Notes under the pieces: generated by a model
The model's database searches: none
Told to the model about the DNA's origin: nothing
Seen by the model: the letters and a program-made list of their open reading frames with translations, nothing else
Made by a program: the position numbers and the translations under genes
Source: the human T2T-CHM13v2.0 reference genome, Homo sapiens
Assembly (NCBI RefSeq): GCF_009914755.1
Contig: NC_060929.1
Reading direction: 5' to 3' (one strand)
Length of the DNA: 64,000 nucleotides
In this document: positions 1 to 13,662 of the stretch, in pieces
Layout of the letters: the number at the start of each line of letters is the position of its first letter
How positions within the stretch are numbered: the stretch's first letter is position 1

Positions 1-79
1 TATAATAATAATAAAATAAAATAAAATAAAATAAAGTGCTATTAAAATGCCTTAAATATTAAAAAAAAAAAAAAAAAAA
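1..79 (+). mobile_element. 3' tail of an upstream L1 (TAAAA)n, then a short unique segment and a second poly(A)
   Basis: 'tataataataataaaataaa...' is typical of the L1PA terminus; followed by 25 nt containing ATTAAA (41-46) and A19 (61-79). The L1 body lies outside the window. Confidence 0.55.
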
Positions 80-99
80 CGAAGACAACACTTCCTTTG

Positions 100-2192
100 T
101 GGTCCCCTCAAGTGAGGGCTTTTTCTCTTCCTCAAGCACTTTACTGCTGGGCTTGGAGGTAAGTTAACAGTCCTCCTTGCCTCCCATTCCTATTGCAAAC
201 AATTCAGACTCTTCTCCATGCACACCTCGACCCCTAGCTTTGCATCTCATTTCATCTTCATGAGCCCCACTACCCTCCTTGTTGCCCTCAGTGATCAACC
301 TTTCAAGCACTTCTCCTTGTTTCTTAAAGACTCACCGTCACTCTCTCCAAGACAACGCTGTTTTAATTCTTGGTGATTTTAATGTCCATGCAGCTATTTC
401 TTCTAATACCATAGTCTCTCAATTCCTTGAATTCCTCTCTCTAGTGATCTTTTCTTCCATTCCCTGAGCCACTTACTCTATGGTTATTCCTTAGACTTGT
501 TATGATTTTTCTAGTTTTCTCCCTGACATGATGGAATTTCAGAAATACCTTACCCACATAGGGATCTACAATCCATTGATCCTCCCACCTTTTCACTCTT
601 TCTCTCCCCTTTCATACCCTTGCTTCCCTCCTTCTCTGGTTGGTTTTTCACGATCAGTTGTAATCATTCTTATCTATGCACTGTCAACTCCTTTGTCTCT
701 CTCTTGCTTTGTCCCAGTAAACAACCACATTCTTGATTTAATCCAACTTTCAATATACTTCACAGCTTTCTCCTTCACAGCTGACCCATATTCTACGTGT
801 TGTCAAATGAGATTTCCTTTTATCAGCCATGTAAGCATTATTTGGCACATTTGAGCATTACTTTCTTACTTACTTGGCTTCAGAAATCACACTCTCCTGG
901 TTTTCTACCTTATTGGCCACTCGCTTTGTTTCTTTTCAGCTTCTACCTCATCTTCCCATCCTTATATTTTTGGAGAGCTTCAGGACTTGGTGCTTGGATA
1001 TTTTTTCTTTCAAGTCTATACTCACTCACTTATTGATCTTATCTGCTCTCACAGTTATAAATACTACTTAGATTTGTATACTTTGCAAATTTCTCTCACT
1101 AGTCCAGACCTCTCCTCTTAGAGTCCAGAATCATATGTCCCACTATTCTGCTAACTATTCAGCATCTTTACTTAAATATCTAAGACAGTGGGATCTTACT
1201 ACAGATTTTTCTATTTATCCCAACTCTTACTATTTAACCTTCGGTCACACAAATCTAGGAACGGAACGAATTCAAACAGGGAAAGATAATTCTACATCCA
1301 AATTCAACTCCTGATCTTCTTTCCAAAACATACTACTCTTACTGTCTTTCTTATACCTGAAAATGATAATACAAGCTTTCCAGTTTCCTCGGGCCAAGAA
1401 ACAAAAAGACCTCGGACCCATCTTTGTGTCCTCTCTACTCTGTCAGTATATCATGTTAGTTCCACTTTAAATTTAAATTCAGAATCAACTCCGTCTACCA
1501 ATCTCACCACCGCCTTCCTTGTCAAAGCTACCATGTTCTCCCTCCTAACCAGTCTTCTGCCTTTACCCCTGCTGCCTTCAGTCTCTTCTCAGCATAGCAA
1601 TCTGAGCAATCCTGCTAGTCAGATGGTCTCTAATGCGCTTACAAAATGCAGTGGCTTTCCAGTTCATACTGGCTAAAAATCAAAAGCACTAGCATGCCCC
1701 ACAAGACTTTCCCCTATGGCCTCATCCCTTAGGACCCCTCCCCATGCTCACTCTGTCCCAGCTGCACTGGCTTTCTTTCTATTCTGTTCTTTAGACATGT
1801 CAATCCTGCTCTTACTTCAGAGCCCCTTTCCTTGATGTTGTTTCTGCCTAGTATACTTTCCCTTGGACTCTGCATGTCTTCCTTCCTTGCGTGTATCAGG
1901 TCTTTCTTAAAATAGCATCTTGTATCTGTAGTCTTGTATGACCACTGACCAAAATGAAACAACTCCAGATGCACACACTATCCTCCCTGCTCTTTCCTGC
2001 TTTAGCTTTCTCCATGTGATATGTAACACATTTTGCTTATGTCTTCAGTTATTATCTATTTCTTTCCCAGAATGTAAACTCCTTGAAGACAGGAATTTTT
2101 CTATGCTTTTTTAAAATTGCTAAGTACCCAGTGTCTGTAACAGTGCTTGACACATTTTAGGCACTCAATAAATAAATACTGAATGAATAAAC
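100..2192 (+). mobile_element. LINE-2 (L2a-like) fossil including endonuclease remnant and 3' end
   Basis: ORF 279-467 contains the APE endonuclease motif LILGDFNVH; CT-rich L2 body; L2 terminus 'cagtgcttgacacattttaggcactcaataaataaatactgaatgaataaa' at ~2141-2191. Confidence 0.8.
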
Positions 2193-2494
2193 AGACCTGT
2201 TACTCGTAAACAAAATCGCTGACATCACTGGGGCCTTATGTTTGGGTTTTGAGCCGTGACATTCTTCCTGCACCGGCACTTGGTGGAAATCCCTACTGTG
2301 ACAGCACTTATGCCCTTTCTCTCTCTCTGTTTCCCCCACCCTCTTTACATTCCAATTTTCAATACTTCTTTGTCTGCATCTACTCTGTAGTGACTAGAAA
2401 CTCATGCATGTCTACCCAGTGTCTTCATGAGCACACCTGGCCATAGCTTATTGCACAAAGGTCTGTGGGGACAGTACTTAAGCAGCGGTCTGGA

Positions 2495-2960
2495 AGAGTT
2501 TCCTAAGGCTGCATAACAAAGTGCTACAAACTGAGTGGCTTAAGCAACAGAAATTTATTATTTCACAGTTCTGGAGGCTAGAAGTCCAAGATTAAGGTGA
2601 GAGAAGGGTTAACGCCTTCCAAGAGCTGTGAGGAAAAATCTGTTCTATGCCTTGTCCCCCAGAAGTTGACTTCACCAGAGGGTGATTTTTTGCTAATCTT
2701 TGGCATTCCTTGGCTTATAGATGCATCACATTGATCACTGACTTCATCTTCACATGGCCATCTCCCTGTGTGTCTATCTTTCTCCAAGTTTCTCTTTTTT
2801 ACAAGGACATCAGTCAAATTGGATCAGGGCCCACCGAGTGACCTCATTTTAACTTGCTAACCTCTGTCAAGACCTTATCATTAAATGAGGTCACATTCTA
2901 AAGTACTGAGGGTTAGGACTTCAATGATGATTTTTGAGAAGACACAATGCAACCCATAAA
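2495..2960 (-). mobile_element. MLT1 (MLT1B/C/D-like) ERVL-MaLR solo LTR
   Basis: Hallmark 'acaaactgagtggcttaagcaacagaaattt...cacagttctggaggctagaagtccaag' and terminal 'gacacaatgcaacccata'. Confidence 0.85.
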
Positions 2961-3689
2961 AACTTTTATATCCCTGCTTGGAATAGCACACAGCCGGAGA
3001 GGACAAGTGTTTTATTCTCTTGAAGATCTCAGAAAAAGCAAATAACTAAATGATAAGAATGAATTCCGTGAGTTTAGACTCCCTGATGGTCTCACCTACA
3101 GTTCCAACAATGTTACAAAACCCTCCTGAAAAAAGCCTTAATTAGGACACATAATATTAAAGATAATTAGGACACATAATAATCAGTAAGGAACTCAGAT
3201 CAAAATAGTACAATTTCATGGATTTCATGTTATAATTAATTCATCATAGTGGACGGAATTTACATATAGAAAAGTAATTGAAATATTTCAATCCAATTTA
3301 ACACAGTTTCAAGAGAAGTCTTGGGAGACAAAGCAACAGATGTCAGCCTGACCAGGCTGATAGAAGTGAAAGCACCCAGGGGGTATCTCTGGAATGATGG
3401 GTAATGAATGAAATGCTTATCTTGTCCAAAGGCACAGTCTTTAATTCCTTCCAACAAATCCAAATATAGGGCTTACTATTTTCAAGGCTGAAAATATATA
3501 ATAGCTGCCACAACTTCTGAAGTGGTAGAGGAATGACTTCTTGGGGCTGGGAGCATGTTTCAGCAAAAGCCTAAATATAACAGTGAGAATAAAATGATGC
3601 TCACATAAGGTGAACAGATTTCTATAGTAGAGAATAATGAATTCTGATTTTTTATGGTTAGACAATAATGCACACATCTTTATTGACTT

Positions 3690-4270
3690 AGCACTAATAA
3701 TGTGTTTATTATGCCTTCTATGTGTTAGACACATTTCAGATTAATAAGACACAATTCCTGACCTCAAACTGCTCACAATCTAATGAGATAGTTAAGAAAA
3801 TTAATCCTTTCGATACAATGAAATAAGTGACCTAAAGAGCATATTGGACGAGTACAGAACAAAACAACTTACTTGTCTTAGCCTGGAAAGATTAGGAAAT
3901 ACATCAAAAATGCAGATCTCAGCTGAGTCATTGAGGAACATTCACTTGGCAAAGAGGGGTTGGCAGGTGTTTCAGGTGTCAGGAGAAGTAAAGGGAGAGG
4001 CAGGAAGGCATGAGGTAGCACAGTGGGCACAAAGCACAGGAAGTAATTCAGTATGGCTGGAACATATTTTTATAAAGGAGAAAGAACATAATCTTTTCTT
4101 TTAAAGACAAAAAATAAAAGGTGAAGAACAAGCAGGAAGAATGGTAAAATGGAACAGCCTGCTACCTGAAGGAGAGGGTGTTTAATGATATTGAGTATCT
4201 CAGAAAGGCAAGTATCAATGATGAAGAAGAGCCCAGAGTTTGACACAGAAGGTCATTGAAAATCTTGGTA
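3690..4270 (-). mobile_element. L2 fragment
   Basis: Antisense L2 3' motifs 'tttattatgccttctatgtgttagacac...cctgacctcaaactgctcacaatcta' followed by a purine-rich body. Confidence 0.55.
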
Positions 4271-5639
4271 AATAAAGACTTTCTCAAAAAAAAATCTTAG
4301 ATAATTAAATGTCAGTAGCCTTATGTGCTGATATTTAATTGATGTCTATGATAGTAAAATAATAAAAAGTTACTGTCTTCTTGAAGAGCTTAGGTTCTAA
4401 TATGAATGAAGTAAAACCATGGGAAATATTTTAAAAAGTGATGCAAACATCTACAAGAAAAAGAAAGCTTGTTGGGAATAAGTTTGCATTTTAATTTTTA
4501 TTTTCTGTAGTTCTCTCTAGATTATTTTATGTATTATAAAGCAACAGGGAAAGAGGAAAACTGAAGAGAGATAGATTATGATGTGAATTTATGAAGCCGT
4601 GGTAATGGACTGTTTGTGTCATCAGATAGAAATTTCCAACAGGTATTTCAAGCCATTTCTTCTCATCTGTCATCCATTTTCCATTCTTATTTTCTCTTTT
4701 CCTTAATCTTTTCACCCTGGGATTTTCCTCTCTTCTGACAGCTTCATCAATAAAAGAATATTGCTGGATTAGTGAGAAACATAATAGAATATTTTAGATG
4801 GGGTAAGACTGAGGATTCCACTGTACACGCAAGGCAGATACAGGTGGTCTGAGCCAACTAAGACCTTACAAACTGTACATTTTAGTGCAGTACATTTTTT
4901 GCAAATCAGTGACAAAATCTTCCATAGTGGGTTTTTCTAGGTTTTGAAATGTACATGTAACGATTCATCTCCATGAACATCAATGAGCTTTACAATGTTG
5001 AGGGCATTGTGAAAGGTGGTTAAAAAAATGAAGCTCCATAAGATGCAGTACTGTTCTGAAGATGCTTACAGACATGTATAGAAATGTGGCTTTTACATCA
5101 ATAGTAGTTCAGATTGAAACAATTTCCAAAGTTAAACTTCTGTTAAAATGATAACACATACCAAGCCAACTTAGATTTCATTTCATGGAATTGCTATCCC
5201 AAAGGGCTGTGAAGCCCTTTTTGCCATTACACCACCACACTAGGTTACCCTTTGTCCACATTCTCCCTTCACCCACTTGGTACAGACCCAGACCCGTAAC
5301 CTCCACTGAATTCTGGCTGCTTATTTGTTGCTAGAATTTCTTTGTGTTAGGGTTTGAGGGTGGGAGAAGCATGTCTTAACGAGTTCTCTCTTCTTTTTTT
5401 ACCACCACATACTGAGGCTGTCACCTTTAATTTCTATGTTAAACTTCCAAGTCTTTCTTGGTGATAAAAGAAAACAGTCGGCAGCAGTCTAGCTTTAATC
5501 TTAGTTCAGGGCTCTAGAAACCCCAAATTCACTGTTGTCATCTATGTAAACATTGCCTTTTCCTAGATGGAGATGGGGGAAGCAAGCAGTACACAGATAG
5601 AGGACATGTTAGGTCAAAAAAAAAAAAAGAATAAAAAAC

Positions 5640-5763
5640 AGGATAACCTGATTTTACCCAGATTACTCCCAGCTGACTATCGTTGTCCCAATGTAATTAT
5701 ATAATAGCATTCCTTTCAGTCTCCAAAGTGTCCCATTCTGGACAATAAATTATATAATCACTG
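5640..5763. mobile_element. Possible short hAT-Blackjack DNA element (MER94/MER81-like)
   Basis: 'tgtcccattctggacaataaattatataatcac' resembles the recalled MER94 end; degenerate. Confidence 0.3.
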
Positions 5764-6067
5764 CAGTTAAAGTTCTATTCCAGGTCCAACAAATTGCCAG
5801 TGATTAAGTGAGGTTCTCATAAATATGGGAAGAAAGTAGGATCTATTTTCAATGAAAATAGAATAAATATTATGAATAACTTTTCTTCTGGTGAGTTTTT
5901 AAATTGCTGATTTACTTTTTAACATCTTAGTATAAAAATGTTAAATATGCATATGAGTAAACAGAATATTATAGTGGACCCGTGTATTTATATGCAGCTT
6001 CAATAATTATTAACTTATGGTTAAGCATATTTATTCTATAACACTTCTCATTCTTCCACATTATTTT

Positions 6068-6485
6068 AATTTATTATACTTTAAGTACTAGGATACATGT
6101 ATAGAATGCACAGGTTTGTTACATAGGTATATACATGCCATGGTGGTTTCCTGCACCCATCAACCTGTCATCTACATTAGATATTTCTCCTAATGCTATC
6201 CCTCCCCTAACCCCCCACCCCCCAACAGGCCCTGGCGTGTGATGTTCCCCTCCCTGTGTCCATGTGTTCTCATTGCTCAACTCCCACTTATGAGTGAGAA
6301 CATGTGGTGTTTGGTTTTCTGTTCCTGTGTTAATTTGCTGAGAATGATGGTTTCCAGCTTCGTCCATGTCCCTGTGAAGGACATAAACTCATCCTTTTAT
6401 GTGGCTGCATAGTATTCCATGGTGTATATGTGTCACGTTTTCTTTATCCAGTCTATCATTGATGGGCATTTGGGTTGGTTCCAAG
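6068..6485 (-). mobile_element. 5'-truncated L1PA (PA5-7-like) 3' end with 14-bp TSD
   Basis: L1PA 3' UTR in antisense; TSD ttccacattatttt at 6054-6067 and 6486-6499. Confidence 0.95.
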
Positions 6486-7349
6486 TTCCACATTATTTTT
6501 TAAATAAACTTTATTTTTAGAACAGTTGCAAAGATAATACAGAGAGCTCTTACAGATGCCACACCAGGTTTCTCCTGTTTTTCATATTTTACATTAGTAT
6601 GATAGTTTTATTACAATTGATGCCTTTTTAGTAAGTAAATTCCACAATTTATTCAACATTTTTTAGTTTTACATATGTTTTGTTGTTGTTGTTCCAGAAT
6701 CCCACCCAGGATACCACATTACATGTAATTGTCCTGTCTCTTCAGGCTCCTCTTGGCTGTGACATTTACACAGACTTTCTCGGTTGTTGATAACCTTGGC
6801 AGTTTTAAGGAGTACTAGACAGGTATTTGGTAGAACATCTCTCTACAAATCTCTATGGAATTTGCCTGGTGTGTTTCTCTTGATTAAACTGAGGTTGTGA
6901 GCTTAGGTGGAAACATCAAAGGGTAAACTGTCATCTTTCCGGCATCATATTAAAAGAACATACTATCAAAATGACTTATCACTGATGATATTGACCTTTA
7001 TCACTGGCTGAAGTTGTGCTTGTCTGAATTTTTCACTATAAAGTTACTCTTTTTTTCTCTTTACATACAGTACTCTTTGGAATGAAGCCATTATGCACAT
7101 CCTACTCTTTAAGTAGTGGGGAATTATGTTCTACCTCCTTGAAGGCAATGTATCTAAATAAATTATTTGGAGTTCTGCTGCACAAGAGATATGCAATTAT
7201 TTATTTATATCAATATGGGTCAACAGGTATTTATTTTATATTTTAGGTTATAATACAATACTACCTCTTTTTGTTGCACAAATTGTTACAGCTTTGGCCA
7301 TTGGGAGGTCTTTCAACTTGTTCCTGTGTTCTTTGACAAATGCCTATCA

Positions 7350-7652
7350 TTTTTTTTTCTTCTTTTTTGAGACCAGGTCTTGCTCTGCAATCCAGGCTGA
7401 AGTGCAGTGATGGGATCACAGCTCACTGCAGCCTCAATCTCCCAGGCTCAAGTGATCCTCCCACCTCAGCCTCCTGAGTAGCTGGGACCACAGGTGCATG
7501 CCACCATGCCTGGCTAATTTACTTTATTTTTTGTTGCTACAGGGTCTCTCTATGTTACCCAGGCTGGTTTCAAATGCCTGGGCTCAAGCAATCCTCCTGC
7601 CTTGGCCTTCCAAACTGGTGGGATTACAGGTGTTAAGTCAAGAGGCCCAGCC
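7350..7652 (-). mobile_element. AluJ
   Basis: Antisense dimeric Alu with J-type 'gggctcaagcaatcctcc' and a poly-T head; heavy CpG decay. Confidence 0.9.
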
Positions 7653-9011
7653 ATTTTTTTTTAGGCTCTCTCTAATGGAAGATCAAGAAAATGTAAGTGT
7701 TTGTATTACCCAGTGTACATATGCATATCTATAAAAATTTCTAGATGTAACTATTTTTATCTATATTAAGTTAAATGTGAGTCCATACTGATGTCACTAA
7801 TTCTAATCCATTACTATATGGATTATTATAGACTTTTCCCCTTACTTGTTTGTTATTCTTACTTTAACAATGAGAAGACTGGCTCCTACCATTTGCCATT
7901 CATTTACTTAATTGCTTAGTTCAAATATATGTAAAACAATATTAAGATTGTTAACTCATACCTCCATGGGAAAAAACTTTATCAACTGAAATACAATGCT
8001 TATGTGCAGTTTCTTTTGCCTTTTTATTCTTACGAACTCTACTCATTTTAAAGTTATTTAGGTCAGCACCTTTTTCCTCAACCCCTTTCAATGAGGTTGT
8101 TTCATGCACCTATGACACAGTTAGATTATTTTGTCATGGTGCATTCCATCCTGAGCTTCACTGACCTCCTAATTTTTCTTTAAATTTTCAAACATTAAGG
8201 TTCTGTCCTCATACTGTAAAGTTTTATGGGTTTTCAAGTGTGCATAAAGTGTCATTAAGTGTCATACAGAACAGTTTCACTACCCTAAAAACAATCCCCT
8301 GTGCTTCAACTATTCAACTCTCTACACCTATAACCAAACCCCTGGCAATTACTAATCATTCTACTGTCTGTATGTCCCTTTTAGAATATCATACAATTAA
8401 AATTATACAATATATAGCCTTTTCAGAACAGCTTTTTCACTTAGCAATCTGCATTTAAGGTTCTATCTTTCCATAGCTTGATGGCTCATTTCTTTTTATC
8501 ACTGATTAATATTCTATTATATGAATGTACCAAGGTTTGTTTACTCATTTGCTTATTAAAGTCCATCTTCATTAATTCTTATTTTTTAATGATGACTAAA
8601 GCTGCTATAAACTTAACATGCAGTTTTTGGCATGGACATTAAATTTTCAAGTCAGTTGGGATAATGCCTATGGCACAATGCTGTATAATGGTAAGGTAAG
8701 ACTATTTTTAGCTTTATAAAAAAACTGCCAAACTCTTCTAAAGTGACTGTGGCATTTTGCACTCTCAAGAGGAAATAAGTAAGATTTCAGTTGCTCTTTG
8801 CTCCTCCTCATTCTCACCAGAACTGGGTTTGTGAGGATTTTTTTTTTTTAGCAATTCTAAGAGGTATTTAGCAGTATTTCCTTGTTTTAATTTATAATTC
8901 CCTAATGATGTATGATGTTGTCATCTTTTTATATTCTAATTTGTCATCTCTGTATCTTCTTTGGTGAGTTGCCTGGTCATATGTTTTATCCTTTGTCTAT
9001 TTTGTATTGGG

Positions 9012-9100
9012 TCTTCTTCTTCTTCTTTTTCTTTTCTTCTCCTTCTTGTTATCCTTCCCTCCTCCTACTCCTCCTCTTCCTCCTCCTCCTCCTTCCTCTT
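9012..9100. repeat. (CTT)n/(CTC)n pyrimidine simple repeat
   Basis: Directly visible. Confidence 0.85.
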
Positions 9101-10027
9101 ACTTACTGAAATTATAGTAAGTTTTGGAATTGGATAGAATTTCTCCAACTTTTTCTTCTTCTACAATATTATATTGGATATTCTAGGTTCTTGGCCTTTC
9201 TATATAAATTTTAGAATGAATTTGTCAATATTGAAAAGATAGCTTTTTGAGATTTAGTTGAAATCTATAGATTTGAGATTTATGTTGAATCTATAGAGCA
9301 AATTGGGAAGAAGAAACATCTTTACAACACCGAGTTTTCTAATCCATGAACATGGAATATCACTCCATTCAATTAGAGCTCTTTGATTTTCCACAGTTTC
9401 GTATTAATAGCTTTTAGCATATAAATTATGTACATATTTTGTTAGATTTATGCCCAAATATTCCATTTTTGGGTGTTATTGCAAATGGCATTGTTATGTT
9501 TATTGCTGGTATGTAGAAAAACATAGTATCCTAGTATCCTGCATCCTTATTAATTCCAGTATATTTTGTTGTCATTGTTAATTGGGATTTTATCACACTC
9601 TTTGTGAACAAAGACTATTATATTTCTTTCTTTTTCTTGTTTTATTGCATTAGCTACCACTTCCATGATAGTATTGAATAGGTGTGGTAAAGGGGACATC
9701 CTCATCTTATCTTGATCTTAGATGGAAAATGTCCAGTTTCTTACCATTAACTAGTATCTGTAGCTCTCATGTTATTTATAACTGATACTTTAAAAATATT
9801 TGAGAACACCTAAGGTTGTTGCTATTTTTCACTTCTGATATATTCCCCCTTTTGTTGCTACCAATAAGCTGCTTATTATCTTCCAAAGAGCTGAGTTCAT
9901 TTTAAAGATAGGCTAGGATAGGAAAGAATGCAAGGATTGTCTGTTCTGATGAACAGTAAAAGATAAATGAAATCTTAATCAGAAGCAATAAGTTGAAGCT
10001 CATAAGCCACTCCTTGGAGCCATATTA

Positions 10028-10417
<390 letters not shown>

Positions 10418-11444
10418 CTATTCCAAATTGGAATTCTGAATGAATTCTATTATAGTAACATATCTATATCTGGTACCTATTTTTCTCTAGAATTCTTGGT
10501 CAGATACCATGTTGTACTTCACATATTATGCATTCATTTATTAAACATCCATTGAGTGTGGTCTCTGTGGCATTGAAAACCCACCTAGTACATAATTTAT
10601 CCCTATGCATGAACATGCTCTGAATTCAAAACAGCTGATTTCCACATGCAGCATTAGATCCCAACTATTTGAACCAGTTGAGTCCCAGTAGCAGAGATTT
10701 CCTTTTGCAGGGACAAGGCAAAATCATTACATAAAAGGTAATTTTTAGTCCTAATAAGAGTAATATCTCTGGGCTCATCTTTCCACTTTTCTTTCAGTCC
10801 AGTTTATTCTGATCTAATATCTCAAAATTTCATTCTGGTTTTTATTATCTTTTGTGAGAGAGACACAAAAATATAATAAATTATAATAAGCATACATCCC
10901 CTCTGATTGATTTACATGAGAAAAGGCTCCTTCTGGAAGAGAAGAGGTGTTAGGAAAGATACAAGAGAAGGAAAAAGCAAAGGAAAGAGTTTGGACCAGA
11001 AAGAGATTAGATAGATAGGTAATTAGATTAAACATGTGTAGTAAAAGAACAGTCATGGTGAGTGAAACTGAGTAGAGAGAAGAGTGAAGAGAAATTTTGC
11101 TGTGCATTAGGCAACATAACCTCTTTATTGTACCACTTTGAGCATATTTAGTAAACATTTGCATTCATTTTTCTTTTTCAATATTGAAATAGTGCTTCCT
11201 TCTCTATGACCTCACTCATATTACTTGGTTACACTAGTTTCCTTCTTTCTGCCTAACCCCTTGCATACTAAGACTAATTGGCTGCTTATGAGGCCTGATT
11301 CTAGTTTTGCCCCTAGAATCTATGGCTCAATTTTCCTTTGATTCCAGCCCAGCCTGCCTGCTGGAGCAAGCCTATGCTAACAGATACCCCACCCCATATC
11401 CCACATTCTGTATTCCCTCTTGCCTAAGACTCTTGGACAGTCAA

Positions 11445-11960
11445 TTGTGTCAGGAAACTCATAACAAGTGATTACATTAAGAAAATCAAATTTTATATGG
11501 CAAACTAGTTATAAAGCTTCCAGGAGGATGATAAAACAAAGAAGGAACAAATTAGCAACATCAGGAAGTGACTAGCATTACTAAGATGGCAAAGGCGAAG
11601 ACACAGGGAGAAGATGTTATACAAACTGATAAACCAGGGCCATGCAGTGAGAAATCAGAGTCAATTTAGGGGAGCTGGGACTATGGAGAAGGAGACACAG
11701 CCACTGCTAAAGACTGTCTGAAACCAAAAAGGTAAGGGGAATACTCTGGCTTCTCTCTTCCTTCCACCTTCCAGTTTCCCACTAGTGCTTCCCACTGATG
11801 AAGCTTAGTCAGAAGCCAATGGACAAAGAAGCTAAGAAAGGTGATTTTTGAATTTGTGGGGTCAATCAGCTCCCTGTAATTCAGAGCAAAGCAGAGGAAG
11901 AACAGAGAAATGAGCTGAAAGCAAACAGAAAAATTACATACAAAGACAATAATTCTCTGA
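11445..11960. mobile_element. Ancient ERVL-type LTR fragment (LTR41/LTR78-like)
   Basis: 'cccactagtgcttcccactgatgaagcttagtcagaagccaatggacaaagaagc' resembles a recalled ERVL LTR core; family uncertain. Confidence 0.4.
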
Positions 11961-12629
11961 GGACCTAGTTCACAGGTCCTCTCCACTGATCTCAATTCTC
12001 AGATCTATTACTATTGCAGATACTGCCTACCCATTGTATATTCATTCATAGTTGCTGCATTGTATCCCAGTTAATGAGGATGTGTCCAGACTTTTGGGTT
12101 TAAGGATCTTCAGTGCTATGCTATGACCACCTACAGCTTTAGACACTTTATGAATCGATGCTAAAACTGCAGATGGTTCTCTGGATTTGGGTCCATCATA
12201 GAGAGCACCACCACTTCTGCCTCCCCCCACCACAAGAGCAATTTCTGGAGAAATGTATGTGCCTCTTCCTGGTTTCATGCCTTGCACAGAAGCCATATAA
12301 TTGGGCCATAACCCTCCTTTCTCCAGGTTGCTTGTTGAAGATACCTTACCTCCAAGCAGTACTAAGCAATATCTTTCACAGGTTCACCCTGGGATGATGC
12401 CCACCAATAAGATGGGTGGAGGCTGGCAGGATCAGAATCAATGACCTGTTGCCCTGTAGAATGTTGGCCATAATTCCAGGACAATATGCCCCTAGAACAA
12501 CCAGTTAAAAGGGAAATTTAAAATATCACAAGACAAAATGGAAACACAAAATACCAAAACTTATGGGATGCAGCAAAAACAGTTCTAAAAAGAAGTTTAT
12601 ACCAATAAACACCGACATCAAAAAGGAAG

Positions 12630-12770
12630 ATCACACCTGTAATTCCTGTTACTCAGGAGGCTGAGGGGGAGAATCACTTGAGCCCAGGAGTCTAGACTGC
12701 ATGAGCTATGATCATGCCACTGCACTTCAGCCTGAGTGACAAAGTGAGATTCCATCTCTTAAAAAAAATT
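12630..12770 (+). mobile_element. Alu monomer (AluJ right arm/FRAM-like)
   Basis: 'gaggctgagg...cacttgagcccaggag...gagctatgatcatgccactgcac...' plus A tail. Confidence 0.85.
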
Positions 12771-13135
12771 AACAAATAAATAACATTTTGTCTTAAGAAA
12801 ATAGACAAAGAAGAATACGCTAAGCCCAACGTTAGCAGAAGAAAACAAATAATAAAGATCAGAGCAGAAATAAATGAAATAGAGACTAGGAAAACAATAC
12901 AAAAGATTAACAAAATGAAGAGTTTTCTTCAAAAAGATAAAATTGACAAATCTTTATCTAGAAAAAACAAAAAAAGGCTCAAATAAATAAAACAAGATAT
13001 TAGAAAGGAGATATTACAACTCACATCAAATAAAAATATGAGACTGTTATAAGCAATTATATGCCAAAAAAAATTGGATAACCTAGAAGAAATGAATAAA
13101 TTCCTAGACACATACAACCTACCAAGACTGAATCA

Positions 13136-13171
<36 letters not shown>

Positions 13172-13284
13172 AGAAAATCTGAACAGACCAAAAAATGTAA
13201 AAGAAAAACTGTAAAAGAGGCATTAAAAATAAAGATGCTTTGGAATAATGAGTAAAGAGATTGAATCAGTAATAAAAAGTCTTC

Positions 13285-13593
13285 AGCTGGGTGCAGTGGC
13301 TCATGCCTGTAATCCCAGAACTCTGGGAGGCCAAGGCAAGCAGATCAACTTGAGGCCAAGAGTTCCAAACCAGCCTGGCCAACATGGTAAAACCCTGTCT
13401 CTACTAAAAATACAAAAAAATTAGCCAGGCTTGGTGGCACATGTCTAACCTCAGCTACTCAGGAGGCTGAGGCATGAGAATTGCTTGAGCCTGGGAGGCA
13501 GAGGTTGCAGTGAGCTGAGATTGCTGCACTACCCTCCAGCCTGGGCAACAGAGCAAGACTCTGACTGGAAAAAAAAAAAAAAAAAAAAAAAAA
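13285..13593 (+). mobile_element. Full-length Alu (S/J) with TSD
   Basis: Dimeric Alu with long A tail; TSD aaaaagtcttc at 13274-13284 and 13589-13599. Confidence 0.95.
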
Positions 13594-13662
13594 GTCTTCC
13601 ATCAAAGAAAATTCCAGGACCTGATAGTGTGATCGTTAGACTCTACCAAGCATTTAAAGAAC

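Larger units (their letters stand above)
6500..9760 (-). mobile_element. Old L1M (L1MC/MD-like) 3' UTR and ORF2 fragments
   Basis: 'cccaggataccacattacat...ggctcctcttggctgtgaca' is an L1MC/D 3' UTR motif; antisense ORF2-like sequence at 8.4-9.76 kb; interrupted by an Alu and a simple repeat. Confidence 0.75.
12481..13662 (+). mobile_element. L1MA ORF2 fragment, 5' part of the element split by the provirus
   Basis: ORF2 sequence ('cttatgggatgcagcaaaa', 'ggataacctagaagaaatg') stops at 'ctctaccaagcatttaaagaac' and resumes collinearly at 20822. Confidence 0.9.

Noticed and set aside
3139-3180. 17-bp direct repeat; similar small duplications at ~23386-23435, 27232-27295, 28966-29031, 34451-34482
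   Set aside because: Only two or three copies, no regular spacers: ordinary slippage duplications, not a CRISPR-like array.
13137-13170. Long poly(A) as a retrogene tail
   Set aside because: It lies at an A-rich site within collinear L1 ORF2; a simple homopolymer expansion.
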